Shown: one piece after another, positions 47,127-63,540 of the stretch
How positions within the stretch are numbered: position 1 is the stretch's first letter
Layout of the letters: each line of letters begins with the position of its first letter
Assembly: GCF_009914755.1 (NCBI RefSeq)
Contig: NC_060939.1
Length of the DNA: 64,000 nt
Direction: 5' to 3' (one strand)
DNA from: the human T2T-CHM13v2.0 reference genome, Homo sapiens
Notes under the pieces: generated by a model
What the model was told of the DNA's origin: nothing
The model's database searches: none
Seen by the model: only the letters and a program-made list of their open reading frames with translations
Position numbers and translations under genes: made by a program

Positions 47127-47857
47127 TTGGTCACTTCCTAATAGAAGGCATTTTATTTGGGTGGTTTTCTGCAGTCAGAGCAAGCAGAAGCAAAGGAACT
47201 GGGACATAAAAAACAGAATTTCAGTGAAAGATGTCTGTAGTGCATGTAGCCAGGTAAGTCAAGACATCAGAAGTGCCTATTATAAAGCAGGAACAAAGAG
47301 AAAGTGGCTGATTAGGCCTAAGGGCCTAATGAAACTTTGTCTTCCACCTCTCTCACTCTTTATCATAAAGAAAGAACACAGCAAAGGCCTCCATCACAGT
47401 ATCTCTCAGCAGTGTACACCCTGCATGCACACACACGTGCATGCATGCTCACCTCCGTCCCTCACTTCACTTGAACTTAATCTATGTTTAGGGAGCTCCT
47501 ACTTGAATTCCCATTTTAAACTTGTCTATCCTGAAGTTGAGGCCAAGAATCTGAAAATCTGTGGTATAGGTGAATGTTAGACACACCAGGGTACAATTTT
47601 AGATCCCATTTATAAGCTGCAAGGTCATAAGCAAGTTATTTAATCTCCTAGATCCTCAGAATGCTTGCCCATAAAATTACTGAGATGATGTAAATAAAAT
47701 CCCTAGTGAGTACTGCTCTCTTTAGATGTCCCAATTGATTTGTAACTATATTTCAGAATATACAAGATTTAGCCACAATAGCTAGCTCAATATTTTAAAA
47801 TTAAAGATAAAATGTTATGGAAGCCCTGTCTAAATTACCAAAGAGATGAATAACTAC

Positions 47858-48153
47858 TTTTTTTTTTTTTTTGAGATACTTTCACTCTTGTCTGGGCTGG
47901 AGAAGAGCAATGGCGTGATCTCGGCTCACTACAACCTCTACCTTCTGGATTCCAGTAATTCTCCCACCTCAGCCTTTCGAGTAGCTGGGATTACAGGTGC
48001 CCACCACCATGCCTGGCTAATTTTTATATTTTTAGTAGAGATGGGGTTTTACTGTATTGGCCAGGCTGGTCTCAAACTGCTGACCTCAGGTGATCCGCCC
48101 GCCTCACCCTCCCAAAGTGCTGGGATTATAGGCGTGAGCCACTGTGCCTGGGC
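47858..48153 (-). mobile_element. AluS
   Basis: Full Alu; flanking gaataactac / gaataactgc repeats. Confidence 0.92.
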
Positions 48154-48755
48154 GAATAACTGCAATTTTCTTCTGACAATGTGCATGTTTAAATTAAGTC
48201 TTATAGTACTTATTTCCAAAGAAAGTGCTGTATTTTAATCACTCTATGTCCCATGTTTTGAATTTTTTTAAAAGACTACTATGAATCCTTACCATGACAA
48301 CTAAATTCTTTCCATTACTAAAGCCTGCAAATACCCAATCTGAGAAAATGGGCAATTCAAGACAACCTAACACAACCAGCTTGGGGACCCTGCACAAAGA
48401 GCACTGTAACTATGGAAACACCTGTTAATGAAGTTACACTATAAATCACAGAACCTGTTCCATTATTCAAGTACCAAGCATTTGAGATCAATTTATAGCA
48501 ACTGTAAGCTATTAATAATGGTATTCTATTTAATTTGTCAAACACAATTTTCTCTCTCAATGAAATCTTTAGGAAATACTTAAGTATTTTTCTTCAGGAG
48601 AAGAAAATGTTAAATCCACCTAAGTGTTACAGTATACCTGACTGGTGGTTTTTAACCTGTTTGTGAAACAAGCATTATGAAATCAAGCTTATTTAGCACT
48701 TGGCATATGTTTATGATATTATTTACATTTTACATATATAGCCTGATATATATAG

Positions 48756-48803
48756 ATATATACGCACACACACACGCACATGCACACACACACACATATA
48801 TAT
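48756..48803. repeat. Alternating purine-pyrimidine (TA/CA/CG) tract
   Basis: atatatacgcacacacacacgcacatgcacacacacacacatatatat. Confidence 0.9.
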
Positions 48804-49542
48804 CCTGTTTCTTCAACCAGGTTAATAAATTCCTTAAGAACATAAAACATAACTTATAAGTCTCCTTATCACCAGTGCTTAGTGGAATGCCCATGATCCA
48901 GTCCTTAATGAATGCTTTCCTAACTAATTTTAGCTTCTCTTTTCTAAGCACAAGAGACTTTGGAAGAAGATAAATCACAGCACATTAATGTGAACAAGAT
49001 TTTGTGATGGGAAAAATGGGAATCAGTAACTGAATGAATCTTATAGTGCTAAGTTCCAGAAGGAGGTATATAAGAAATACCCTTATATATATGGTGTCTG
49101 GTTCATTAAATACTCATCTTTTTTCCACAAACTTTTTTTTATTGAGAAAAGAAACTCTAGGCCAGTGCTAACTCTTATCTTAATTTTCTTCCATCCATGG
49201 GAATTTTTTTTTTAACTGACAGGATTTGCTTTTTCTCTAGAATTGTGTGCTGCCTGAGCCTCTACTCTCCTCTCTCCCTGCTTCCCCTCAGTCAAGAGAG
49301 GAAGGAAAAATACATAGTGCCTATGTATGAATTTAGGATAGAGGTGAGGCCTGACATCCTACATGAAATATAAACAGAGCACCTCACTGTATGACGACAT
49401 GGGATGCAAGAGAAGCAGACTTTGAAGTATTTAAGTTTAATGCTCCCGATTTTTAATTTAAAAAGCAAGGGGAATAACTGCTTCATATTTTTCTCTCATA
49501 AAACAGTAACGTGTAGGTTTCTTTCTTTTGGTCGTCACTCTC

Positions 49543-49583
49543 TTTTGGGAATCTAGTCCCTCTGTTTTGGGAATCTAGTCCCT
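49543..49583. repeat. Short tandem duplication (19 bp identical, 22-bp period)
   Basis: ttttgggaatctagtccct at 49543-49561 and 49565-49583. Confidence 0.95.
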
Positions 49584-49639
49584 TGATTGAAAGGGTCTCT
49601 GCCTCTCCTGTATGTCTAGTCCTTCAGATTCCACTTCCA

Positions 49640-50640
<1,001 letters not shown>

Positions 50641-50894
50641 ATTACTCCCTTTTTATTACTTATAAAAATTAGCACAGAAACTTGTATACATTAGATAGGG
50701 AGTATTTTTAGGAATGTACATATTTTCTAAACTCTCTTCCATTCCTTCCTTCAGGACAAAAAAAAAACAACTTGATCTTATCAGGGGTAGGGAAAGGGAA
50801 GGGCATGAAGCAACAAGGAAGACTGGCTGATGAGCACTTCTCCTGAAGAGTTATTTAATCTGAAACTTGAACTTGAATGAGGCTAGTCAGGTGA

Positions 50895-51282
<388 letters not shown>

Positions 51283-51399
51283 CCTAATATCTTAATGGAG
51301 CAATACAACCCAGCCCCACTGAAAAAAAAAATAATAAAAGTCTTCACCATTATATATCATAATACTTGCATTTTTGGGGTGAATGAATCAGCTTGCAAG

Positions 51400-51886
51400 A
51401 ACCCTCTTTCTCAAAGACCATACCTCCACATTGCATTCCATATCTCCAGAAACATATGGACTCTGGCATATGTGCTTACCATGAACCCAGGATACAAACT
51501 GACTCAAGCCAGGCCAGTCAGATTTCTTCTCCTGAGAGTTTGGAATTGAAATCATGACAACAAATCAAGGCAGTGTCTTCATGAGTTACTCAGGTACTGC
51601 AGCTTGGTGATTTTTCTACCAAGTAGACTGTGGAACAAAGAAATCTTGTCTGTATATAGATAAGAGGCAGATATGCAAACAAAAGCAGAGGGAGAGGGAG
51701 CATGGGCACCTCCTAGGTCCGGGCTGGCTTTCCATTTGTCCCCTAATTCCAGTCTCTCTCTGAGGCCCAGCTGCTCCCATTCTTAGGTCTGGCAACCTCT
51801 ACATCCTTATAATAAACCCCTCTTTCTGCTAAGGCTAGCTCGAGTTCTTCTCAGACACCTACAACCCATTAGTCCTAACTAGGACA
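51400..51886 (+). mobile_element. Old MLT1-type LTR
   Basis: tgactcaagccaggccagtcagatt...aataaacccctctttctgctaaggctagctcgagt...agtcctaactaggaca. Confidence 0.65.
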
Positions 51887-52454
51887 TAAACGTTTTATTG
51901 AGCCACCAAACTCCCACTAAACAGTGTGTTGGAATTCCTCTAGTATTTATCAAGCTCCTACCATGCTCAAGTTATTCATCACCAGTGTACAGAAATCTAA
52001 GAGTTTTATTTTCCATTTTATTTAACATTTTCTTTTGATTGTAGCACAAATTATTTTAGGTCACACACTTAAAAGTTTTGTGTCATAATGTAAACCCAAA
52101 GCCTATGATTCCTGTTTTATTTTGCAGCTAATATTCACTCTGAGCTACTGATATATGAATATCAATATTCTGAAAGACACTTTGGGAGATAAAGGGGCAA
52201 TTAGTTCAAAAGCCATTTTTCATCTCTTTAATCAGACCAAGTTCATCCACAAATTTCAATTGTGCTGATAGATAGTTTTAGGAAAATTCATTGAGGGACA
52301 CATTGAAATGGCCTCTCTAGAAAGCTTTGACAAAATTATTATATCCATGGATATAACATGACCATGATCCAGTGATTCACGATGCATTACTCACTGGACC
52401 CCTAGGGAGCCAGCCGACATAGAGTCCCACCCAACAGGATTAATATAATCTAGC

Positions 52455-52606
52455 AGCAGAGTATTTCTCAAAATTACCCAAGCATAAGACTCATCTAGAG
52501 CATTTGAAAACATACAGATTCCACGAGTCCATCTGAGACCTGATCAGAATCTCTATGAGACAGGACTTGGACTCCATTCATCTAACAAGCACCTCCAGGG
52601 GATTCA
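52455..52606. mobile_element. MER5-type hAT-Charlie fragment
   Basis: aaaacatacagattcc...tcagaatctct...taacaagcacctccaggggattc. Confidence 0.7.
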
Positions 52607-52609
52607 CAA

Positions 52610-52934
<325 letters not shown>

Positions 52935-53335
52935 TAGCATGACTTTAAAAATGAACCCTGAGCTTCATGCCCAAAAGAGAGCCCCTGTCAGATGTTGCTG
53001 AAGGAGCTCTGATTCACCTGTGCTGCTTCTTCTTTCTTGCATTTTCTTACCTTCATTTAATGTTCTGGCTTCTCCTCAAATGTACCCCCTGCAGCAGGAT
53101 TCTGTAGCTTTTCCAGAGTTCAGTTACTTTATTCCCTCCTGGCATGGCCAACTGGAAACCCACTAAGATAAAGGAACTGCTCCTATACCTTCTCCCCATT
53201 CTTGCCCTAGTCCTTCCAACTGTATGCTGCACTCAAAGGCATGCCTGACTGGATATGGCCTGGCCTTGAAAGCCCACTTCCATCCTTAACAGACTCCAGG
53301 AAGGCTGACCTACTCTTACTACATAAGAGTAAACT

Positions 53336-53640
<305 letters not shown>

Positions 53641-53814
53641 GAGTAAATTAAATTATGTCCATCATTCCAACTCAGGGTGATCCATTTAATCACAAATGCC
53701 ACACTTATGCTATATAAACACTAAAGCAATCGTAGTAGCATAAGCCCACTCATTTAACAACCTAAAACAAATGCTACAGTGTATTACTGAAGGATCAATC
53801 TAGTACGGTGTATC

Positions 53815-54123
53815 TTTTTTTTTTTTTTTTTTTAGACAGAGTCTTGCTCTGTTGCCCAGGCTGGAGTACAATGGTGTGATCTTGGTTCACTGCAACCTCC
53901 GCCTCCTGGGTTCAAGTAATTCTCCTACCTCAGCCTCCTGGGTAGCTGGAACTATAGGCATGAGCCACCACACTCAGCTAATTTTTGTATTTTTAATAGA
54001 GACGAGGTTTCACCGTGTTGGCCAGGCTGGTCTTTTACTCCTGACCTCAAGCGATCCACCCGCCTCAGCTTCCCAAAGTGCTGGGATTACAGCACTTTGT
54101 AAGTGAGGTCACCACACCCAGCC
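53815..54123 (-). mobile_element. AluS with a short inverted insertion near its 5' end
   Basis: TSD-like tagta..gtgtatcttt on both sides; cagcactttg inserted at 54090-54099. Confidence 0.93.
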
Positions 54124-55665
54124 TAGTAGTGTGTATCTTTAAAATAAATTTTGTAGAAGGGAATTTGCAGGAGGGCAGTCCTTGACCCAGCCCATTTCAC
54201 AACCACAAATGTGTTCTTAAGGTCAATGTGCAGTCACCACTCTGTATTCCAGCTGTCACACAGGGGTACTACTCACTGAAAAATGTCAGGAGCAAGAAAG
54301 GAGACAGTGATAAGCAGGGATGATGGTGAGTGACCCTTGCCATATCTCACCCTTATTGATGCTTCATACAAAAAATGTGGGGTCTGCTTTGGAAAGTACA
54401 AAAAGCATGATAATGAATCAACAAACACAAGTAGAGAATGGATGTCTCGAAGAGTTTATTCATAGATTTACTGATAACAGTTAAATAATGTAATGATGCA
54501 AAATTATAATGCTATCATTTTAGTATGGAACATGCAGGATTTTTTTCCTTCACAAAAGCTAGTGAGAGAACAAGAAGTCCAACAAAACCACTTTGTTCTC
54601 TGAAATAAAGAATACATCTGATGGTTAAATCCACTTTGCCAGAGTTGATGAGTGAGAGTAAAGTAAACCTAAGGGGAGAAAAAAACAGCTACCCTCACCT
54701 GTAGGAACAGCAAGCTTTGTAGAAAAATTCTGAAGTGCCTTTAGCAAAGCCTCACTTTGCCTCTGCAAAACTGTGCTCTTGGGAGACTTCAGACAAGCAG
54801 TCTGGGCCTTAGGGCTTATCTGGGTCAGACCTGAACCCTTAGAATGACATGGCTATGAAAGTGTCCAGGTCAACCAGACAAGAAGAGGGGCTCCTGTACT
54901 AACCTTAAAAGAAGTAGGAGGTGCTACCAGAGCAGACTATAGGGAAGCTCTGAAGAAAGCAGTGTACCTCGGGGAGGGCTCTGCCTTTAACACTGTATAT
55001 AGAATAATATGTTACAGTGTATAAACACAAATATATACACACACAGAACCGTCTATCTGTGTCTTGGAGATTCAGACTAGTAACTTGTCTAATGTGTGCA
55101 AACTCCTTCCATGGGCAGAAGGACTGCTACTGTGTGCCCAGATGGGTACATAGGACAAATTATGTTTACTCAACTTCAGAGAAACCATGCCAAAATGTTC
55201 TTCCCAAACAATTGATTTCAACTTGTTCTTGTTTTCCTCCAATAGCAGCCTGACAAACTGTTTTATACATGCATTTGACTTTTCAAAAATTTGCATGCAA
55301 TCATGGCAAACTCAGCAAGTCTTTGTGCTCCAGGAGCTGCAGAATGGCCTTTGAATGACATGTTTACTGCATCCTAATGTAAAATGTCATCTTCTTAAAG
55401 TCTGGGAGAAAGGACCTGCAGCAGCATGAACCTGGCCTGACCCTGTGTTATGTGCATCAGCAAGAGCCAAATGCCTAAAGCAGCCAGAAAGTAATGCCAC
55501 GCTCCCAAAAGTTCAGAGTGACAAAACAAAAAAAAAAAAACAAAAAAAACTAAACAACAACAACAAAAAACTAAATAAAAAGTCCAAGCTTCAATGATTA
55601 TGTTACTCTCTGTCACCTGACTCTTCAATGAACAGGAAGCATACTCTCTACTAAAAGGGATACAA

Positions 55666-55992
<327 letters not shown>

Positions 55993-56651
55993 CTATGACT
56001 TAGTTTCTGTCAGAGCCTTGAGTCTTTCTTTATCCACAGAGTTAGAAAACTATGAACCCAAACTGCAAATGTACCATTTCCTCACCAATGGTCATTTGTC
56101 ACTTCTGATGCCTCTTGAAGAGACCCTGTCACAGTTGTGACTTAAAGAAGACTCTACGTTTTACTGCCTCCATTTTTTACATTCTCTTAATTCCTTTAAA
56201 CTTCATATATTAGAATAATTAGACAAAGTCACCTTTTTCCAACATCTACACACTTCATGCAAAGCAAATTCTCATTTAAAAATTATCTTTTGAGCTTTTA
56301 AAATAGACTATTTGCTACTTATATAAAGATAATTGATTTGCAAATGAAGAGTAGCAAACTGCTCCCCACCTCCTGGACATGTTTATAAAGTTGAGCAGGA
56401 CAGCAGTCATATATCAAAAACACGACAACATTATCTTTCAGTTTCCTAGGTTAAGGGCAACCTCATCAGAAACTGTTCAGGCTGGGTGTTACATGGTTTC
56501 TGCATGGAAGCCAATCACCTTCACATATAAACACCTCCCTCACATCAATATGTTGTAGTTCTAGTAAGTTCACAGTCATTTTAATAATCAAGAGAGGTCG
56601 GGAAATTAGTATGCACATGACCAATAAAATAAATAGCCACAGTTCCCTCTA

Positions 56652-56825
56652 CCAATGCTCCTCAAACTTTAACATGCATGCAAACCACCTGAGGATCTTG
56701 TTAAAATACAGATTCTGATTCAGTAGGTCTAGAGTGGGGCCTGAGATTATGAAATCCTAACAAACTCCCAGGTAATGCTGCTGCTGCTTCTGCTGATCCA
56801 TGGACCACATTTTCAACAGTAAGAC
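56652..56825. mobile_element. MER5-type hAT-Charlie element
   Basis: ctcaaacttt...atcttgttaaaatacagattctgattcagtaggtctagagtggggcctgagatt...ccatggaccacattt. Confidence 0.85.
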
Positions 56826-57429
56826 AATCTACCATGACCTCTCTTGGAGGTGGTAATGTCCAAGTAATCTCTTTGACACACATGAATTCCCATCATATGA
56901 TTATGAAAAAGGAGACTGTTAAAACTGAAAAAAAAATGTGGAAACTGCAATCATGGGTTCTGGAGAATGGAAGGAAGAAGTGAATTTGGGATTCTTGGCC
57001 CCTATTTTGATTCATATCATTATTCTATTATCTGTTCCTCAAAATTTGCTTGGCATCCTGACTCCCTCAAGAGAGATGGAGATTGTTTGTTGCCAAGGGC
57101 CACCAGTATCCAAGATACAAAAAGATACATCTTTTATCCTCTACTTGCAAGTACCATAAAGAGGCCAGCTCTGGGGTACTTTTAGGCTTGCTATGGAGGC
57201 AGCCACAACACTATCTCTGGCACTAGAAATACATCTGAACAATCTGGAATTAATTATAGAGTTGCAAAGAATTCCACAACATCTAAAAAGATAAGCTTGT
57301 ATGAGTTCAACCGAACTATTCTGATTAAGCAATTTTTGCTAGCTTTCCTTCTTTCTGATTTAACCCAGAGCATTTAACAAGCACTCTGAAAGCCCCCCTA
57401 CACTCTGAGTCTAGCCACACAAAAGCTGA

Positions 57430-57867
<438 letters not shown>

Positions 57868-58291
57868 TAGTGTATGTCAAACTGCTCATAAATGCATTAA
57901 GATTACTAATAAAGAAGCACATACCCTATGAATACAGTATACTTCCTCCTAGTACAATATTTAAAAATACAAGCTGTTGACAAGCTGCTCCTCTGAACTA
58001 AAAACCACTTCTACATTATTAATATTAGTGACCTCACATGGGACCCAAGCTCTCTTGTAACAACAGAAAGTGACAACCATCAATGAGACACAGTGCAAGG
58101 AGGTGCTATCTCCCAAGGCAGATGTGAACCACAGATAGCTTGACTTCTGAGACTAAGATTCTTTTTCTTTACCTCCCAAAGAAGTTGCTGTATGGAAAGA
58201 AACCCGGTTTTTCTGAATTCTTTTTATTCATTAGACTAAATGGCCTAAACAAGGGAACTAGTTCCTGCAGCTAGAAATAAACTAGTCTTGG

Positions 58292-58661
<370 letters not shown>

Positions 58662-59239
58662 TCAGCTTTGTGGCCTGGCAGCTATTCACATGATTCTGAG
58701 GGGCTTTCCCCCAGAAAGAATATAAAGCAAGCTTGTGGATAGCAGGCAGGGTATGAAATCAAACCAAATCAAGTACAAATGTCACAAGATACACATCTTT
58801 CCCAAAATGTAGGCATAGTAGAATATCTTAAACACTGTAAAACAATACTAACTCCATAGCCTCATTAACTAACCTACTTACTATGTATTTCTTGTTGCTA
58901 ATTCCCTTGGGTGCCTCTGGATTCCAGGCCTCTTACAGATGATTCTGAAACTCCTATGAAGGTGAAAATAGACTTATCATGAAAGCTGGTAAGCCTGCTT
59001 CTTTTGGATCTTTTCTATAAATGACAATGAATGTACTTGTTCCCAAGGTGAGGATGAACAAACATAAGATGATGAGTACTGTTGTTACTTCACAAGTAGA
59101 TACATTCCAGGTCCTAGGCAACTTTTACTATATTTTGCAGATTACTCTTAGTTCTTTCTAAATCTCTAGGGATGGAGCCTGTTACTAAAGGAAAGGTGGT
59201 TATGACATTGTTTCCTCTGAGAATGATGCCTGAACCAAC

Positions 59240-59375
59240 TCTATCAGAAACACCTGGGTGCTTTTCAAAAACACAGATTCCTGGGCCCAACTTTAAGACA
59301 GTTTAAATCACAGATTTGGAGGTGTTCCAGAAATCTATTTTAAACCGCTACCAAAGTCTAGAAACTCTGGCTTAA
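59240..59375. mobile_element. MER5A-like fragment
   Basis: atcagaaacacctgggtgcttttcaaaaacacagattcctgggccc. Confidence 0.65.
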
Positions 59376-60937
59376 GGTATTGCAGGGTTGAAAAGCTTTG
59401 GACTATTGACTAGTTGAAAGCCATGTAATTTATTCTTATGGTGACTGCCGTATCACACTCAATGGCAGAAGCAGTCCACTTGGCACCATTATCCATTCTT
59501 TGCATACCTTTAACCTCTTGGACATATCCACTCCCCTGGACCACAAGGTCTAAATACAAACCAGATGCAGTTGATCATGCACTGGCATGTAGAACCTTCA
59601 GAGAATACTCTGATTAGAGAATGTGAGGAATGTGTAGTTCAATGCAAGAAACAAAGATGAATCAGCTGAAAGGTAAGAAGTAAGCCTGGATGCTACAGTG
59701 TGAAAAATATAGTCAAATCCAACAAGCATCAGTTGAGTTCCACTCAAGGAAAGATTGAGTTCTGAGAAGGAAGGAGTTGTCAGGAATATTATCACATAAA
59801 GTTAAGTCAAAAGAGGACAGAAGGTTTTGGCATGAAGGAGGTCCTCAATCTAAGAATGTACTTCTGGTAAACGGATCTGACAAATCAATGGAAATAAAAG
59901 CTAATTGAAACAGGGCTGTGGAGAAATCAGGGTATGGAAATGAAGATCTCACAAACAGACTACTCTTCCATAGGAAAAGGAAAGAAAGAAATTGTCCTAG
60001 CTTGGAATTAAATATAGTGTTTGTTTGAAGATGGGAGGCTTTTCAGGAGTTCCCAAGCAGACTTTCATTCTGCCTGCAGAACAAAAGGGTAAGGGCTCAA
60101 AAGCTACCATGTAAGAGTTCAAAAAGCCTCCCAGTCCACAGCCTACCCAAACCACTAACCAAATGGATGGTCAGAGTTGGACCTAAGGTCTCACTGACTC
60201 ACTTGGGAATCACTTAGACAAGCAACAGTATAACAAAACTGGCTGGACTCCCAGCTGTTCACTGTGTGTGCCTGAATGAGTAAACAAATCAGAAAGGCTC
60301 ACTAGTCACAGCCTTCTGCTCTGAGGCTTGGAGACCTAAAAGGAATGAAAAGGGGAAATTGATAAAAGGAGATGACAGCTTTGGAACAAAAGCCTTGCCT
60401 ACACTCATAACCTTGGGTACTAGGAGAGGGAAAGGAAGGAATTCCAAAAGTCATGGTAGGGAGATTTTCCTCCTATTATTCAAAGAAAGGAGGACACACA
60501 TGGTCAATTAGGAAGAAAAACCTCTTTGTGCCTGATACATTGGATGCATTGTCCTCATGCCATTTGCCCTAATGTAAGAATAGTCTTGGGAACACAGCCA
60601 GCATGAGTGTCCACTTGACTCATTAGCTGCAACAGTACCAGTCTCTGAGAACTTGTCAGGTCAGTATAGAAGGAGCTCTGTCAGAATCCAAAGTTTCTCC
60701 AGAAAGAAGGAAGAAGGAATTAAATATTAATAAAATGGTAAAAGATATAGAGGATTTTTACCTTCAAAGGAAAAAATCATTCTATTCAAATTAGGAAGGA
60801 GTTTTATGGAATAGTTTTGATTAGACATATACTGGTAAAATGTAGTCTTTGGCGTTTTACCTTCCCTCACAACATGTATTTTCAAAGTTTTCAATATTCA
60901 AGTTATCACTCTAACTGTTGAAATACAGATAGATCAA

Positions 60938-62455
60938 ACAGCTTTATAGAGGGATAACTCATATGCCATACAATTCATCTATTTAAAGTGTATAATTCAG
61001 TGGGTTTTGGTACATACATAAGGTTGTGCGACCTTTGCCATAATCAACTTTAGAACATTTTCATCACCCCAAAAAGAAATCCTCCCATATCCATTAGCAA
61101 GCAATCATTCCCCATTTCCCAACTTCCTTCTTCCCCAGTCTTGGAAAACCATTAATCTACTTTCTGTCTCCATGGATTTGCCTATGCAGTTATGCAGCTC
61201 ATACAACATTTTGGTCAACAATGGATCTCATATATGACAGTGGTCCCATAAGACTAAAATGAAGCTGAAAATTCTTATTGCCTAGTGGTGTCATAGCCAT
61301 CATAATGTAATGCGTTACTCATATGTTTGTGATGATGCTGGTGTAAACAAACCTACTGCAATGCCAGTCATATAAAAGCATAGCACATATAATTATGTAC
61401 AGTAAATAACACTTGATAATAGCAATGACTATTACTGTTTTATGTATTATTATACTATACTTTTTATCATTAACCATGTGTGTTATTTCCCCTGAAGACC
61501 TTCCAGTGGGACAAGATATGGAGATTGAAGACAGTGATAATGATGATCCTGACCTTGTGTACGCCCAGGTTAATGTGTGTTTGCCTTAGTTTTTAACAAA
61601 GTTTAAAAAGTAAAAATAAATTTTAAATAGCGAAAAGCTTATAGAATATTTTTAAATGTTTTTGTACAACTGTGCAATGTGTTTATATTTTAAGCTAGGT
61701 GTTATTATAAAAGAATCAAAAAGTATAAATATTCTAAAAGTTCATGAAGTTACAGTAAGCTGAGCTTAATTTGTTATTGAAGAAAAAAATTTTTACATAA
61801 ATTTAGTGTAGCTTAAGTGTACAGTGTTTATTAAATCCATAGTAGTGTACATCAATGTCTGAGACCTTCATATTCATTCACCACTCACTCACTGATTCAT
61901 CCAGAGCAACTTCTAGTCCTGCAAGCTCTATTCATGGTAAGTGTCCCATATAGGTGTACCATTTTTAATGTTTCATACGTTAAAGATGTTTGATGTTTTA
62001 CTGTACTTTTTTATGTTTAGATACCCAAATACTTACCATTGTGTCCCAACTGCCTATAGTATTCAGTACAGTAACATGCTATACAGGTTTGTAGCCTAAG
62101 AGCAATAGGCTATACCACATAACCTGGGTAGTATATATAGTAGGCTATGCCATCTAGGGTTGTGTACACTCTATGATGTTCACACAACAAAATCACCCTA
62201 TTCTCAGAACATACCCTGTTGTTAAGTAATGACACATGACTGTAACTGGAATCATACAATATGTAGTCTTCTCGATTGGTTTCTTTCATTTAACATAACG
62301 TTTTCGAGGCTCATCCATGTAGAAAACATATATTTCTTTTTATTGGCAATATTGCATTATATGGATATACCACACTTTATTTATTCATTTCTCAGCTGAC
62401 AGATATTTGGGTTACTTCCACTTTTTGGCTATCATGAATAATGCTGATAAAACTT
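60938..62455 (-). mobile_element. L1MB-type 3' end split by Tigger3
   Basis: cagctttatagagggataactc...tctccatggatttgccta [insert] tggaatcatacaatatgtagtc...ccactttttggctatcatgaataatgctg. Confidence 0.85.
61187..62242. mobile_element. Tigger3-family DNA transposon (Tigger3b-sized)
   Basis: Terminal inverted repeats cagttatg... / ...catgactg followed by TA; internal gacagtggtcccataaga and gaagaccttccagtgggacaagat. Confidence 0.85.
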
Positions 62456-62502
62456 TCATAGTAGTACCATACATGGTAGTAAAGAGCCTATATCACTCAA
62501 AT

Positions 62503-62800
62503 TCTTTTCTTTTTTTTTTTTTTTTTGAGACAGGGTCTCACCCAGGCTGGAGTGCAGTGGCACAGTTACAACTCACTGCAGCCTCGATGTCCCAGGCTCA
62601 AGTGATCTTCTCACCTCAGCCTCTTGAGTAGCTGGGACCACAAGCGCGCAACACCTCGCCCAGCTAATTTTTGTATTTTTTGTAGAAACAGGGTTTTGCC
62701 ATGTTGCCTAGGCTGGTGTCTAACTCATGGGCTCAAGTAATACACCTGCCTCAGCCTCCCAAAGTGCTGAGATTACAAGTGTGAGCCACTGTGCCCAGCT
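62503..62800 (-). mobile_element. AluJ
   Basis: actcactgcagcctcga, cagggttttgccatgttgcc; flanking caaatt(c/a)ttt repeats. Confidence 0.9.
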
Positions 62801-62854
62801 CAAATTATTTCAAAGGTGTGGAAGGCAAAATTTCTTTAAAACACCTGTGCTATT

Positions 62855-62945
62855 CAAGGTGCCATCCTAGAAGCAGAGTGACCAAGGCGCTAACTTACTG
62901 ATCTTGAACTTCCCAGACTGTGGGAAATACATTTCTGTTCTTCAT
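62855..62945 (+). mobile_element. MaLR LTR fragment (MST/MLT1A-like)
   Basis: caaggtgccatcctagaagcagag...gatcttgaacttcccagactgtgggaaatacatttctgttc. Confidence 0.6.
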
Positions 62946-63280
62946 TTTTTTTAGTGTGCTAGTTGTAGGAAACCATCAGTTAGATTTAAATGGTGGCAAT
63001 AAAAATGATGCAGATTTGGTAACATGTTTTGTCATTTATACTGAGTTGAGAATTTAAAGGTTTAGAGTTCACTTTACTACTATTTATTTGTAGCTTGTCA
63101 TTTTTCCTTTCATGCCTGTACTGCTTTTAGCTCTATTAGTTCTCAACTTAGTCTTTAAAAAAATGGACCTATTTTTTACCTTCATTAGCTTCGACAAGAA
63201 AACCCATAATTACTACTGCCCATTAGAACTAAATGGATGGTGAGTATTTACCACACAATTTCTTCTTATTAAGCTCACTA

Positions 63281-63540
63281 CAGTTGCCCCTTGGGGACTG
63301 GTTCCAGGAACCCCCACAGATACCACAATCCAAATGTTCAAGTCCCTTATATAAAATAGAGTAGTATTTGCATATAAGCTAGCACGTCCTCCTATATACT
63401 TTATCTTTCTGGGTTACTTATAATACCTAATACAATGTAAATGTATGTAAATGGTTGTTTAACTGTATTGGTTTTTTATTATTTTTTCTTGTTTTTTTCC
63501 TAAACATTTTCCATCCACAGTTGGTTGAATCCATGGCTGT
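63281..63540. mobile_element. MER2 (TcMar-Tigger), internally deleted
   Basis: ta cagttgcccct...ggttccagga...caagtcccttatataaaat...tatttgcatataa...ttggttgaatcc. Confidence 0.82.

Noticed and set aside
57141-57332. Possible minus-strand exon after an ctttttag acceptor
   Set aside because: No good donor, and two of three frames close quickly
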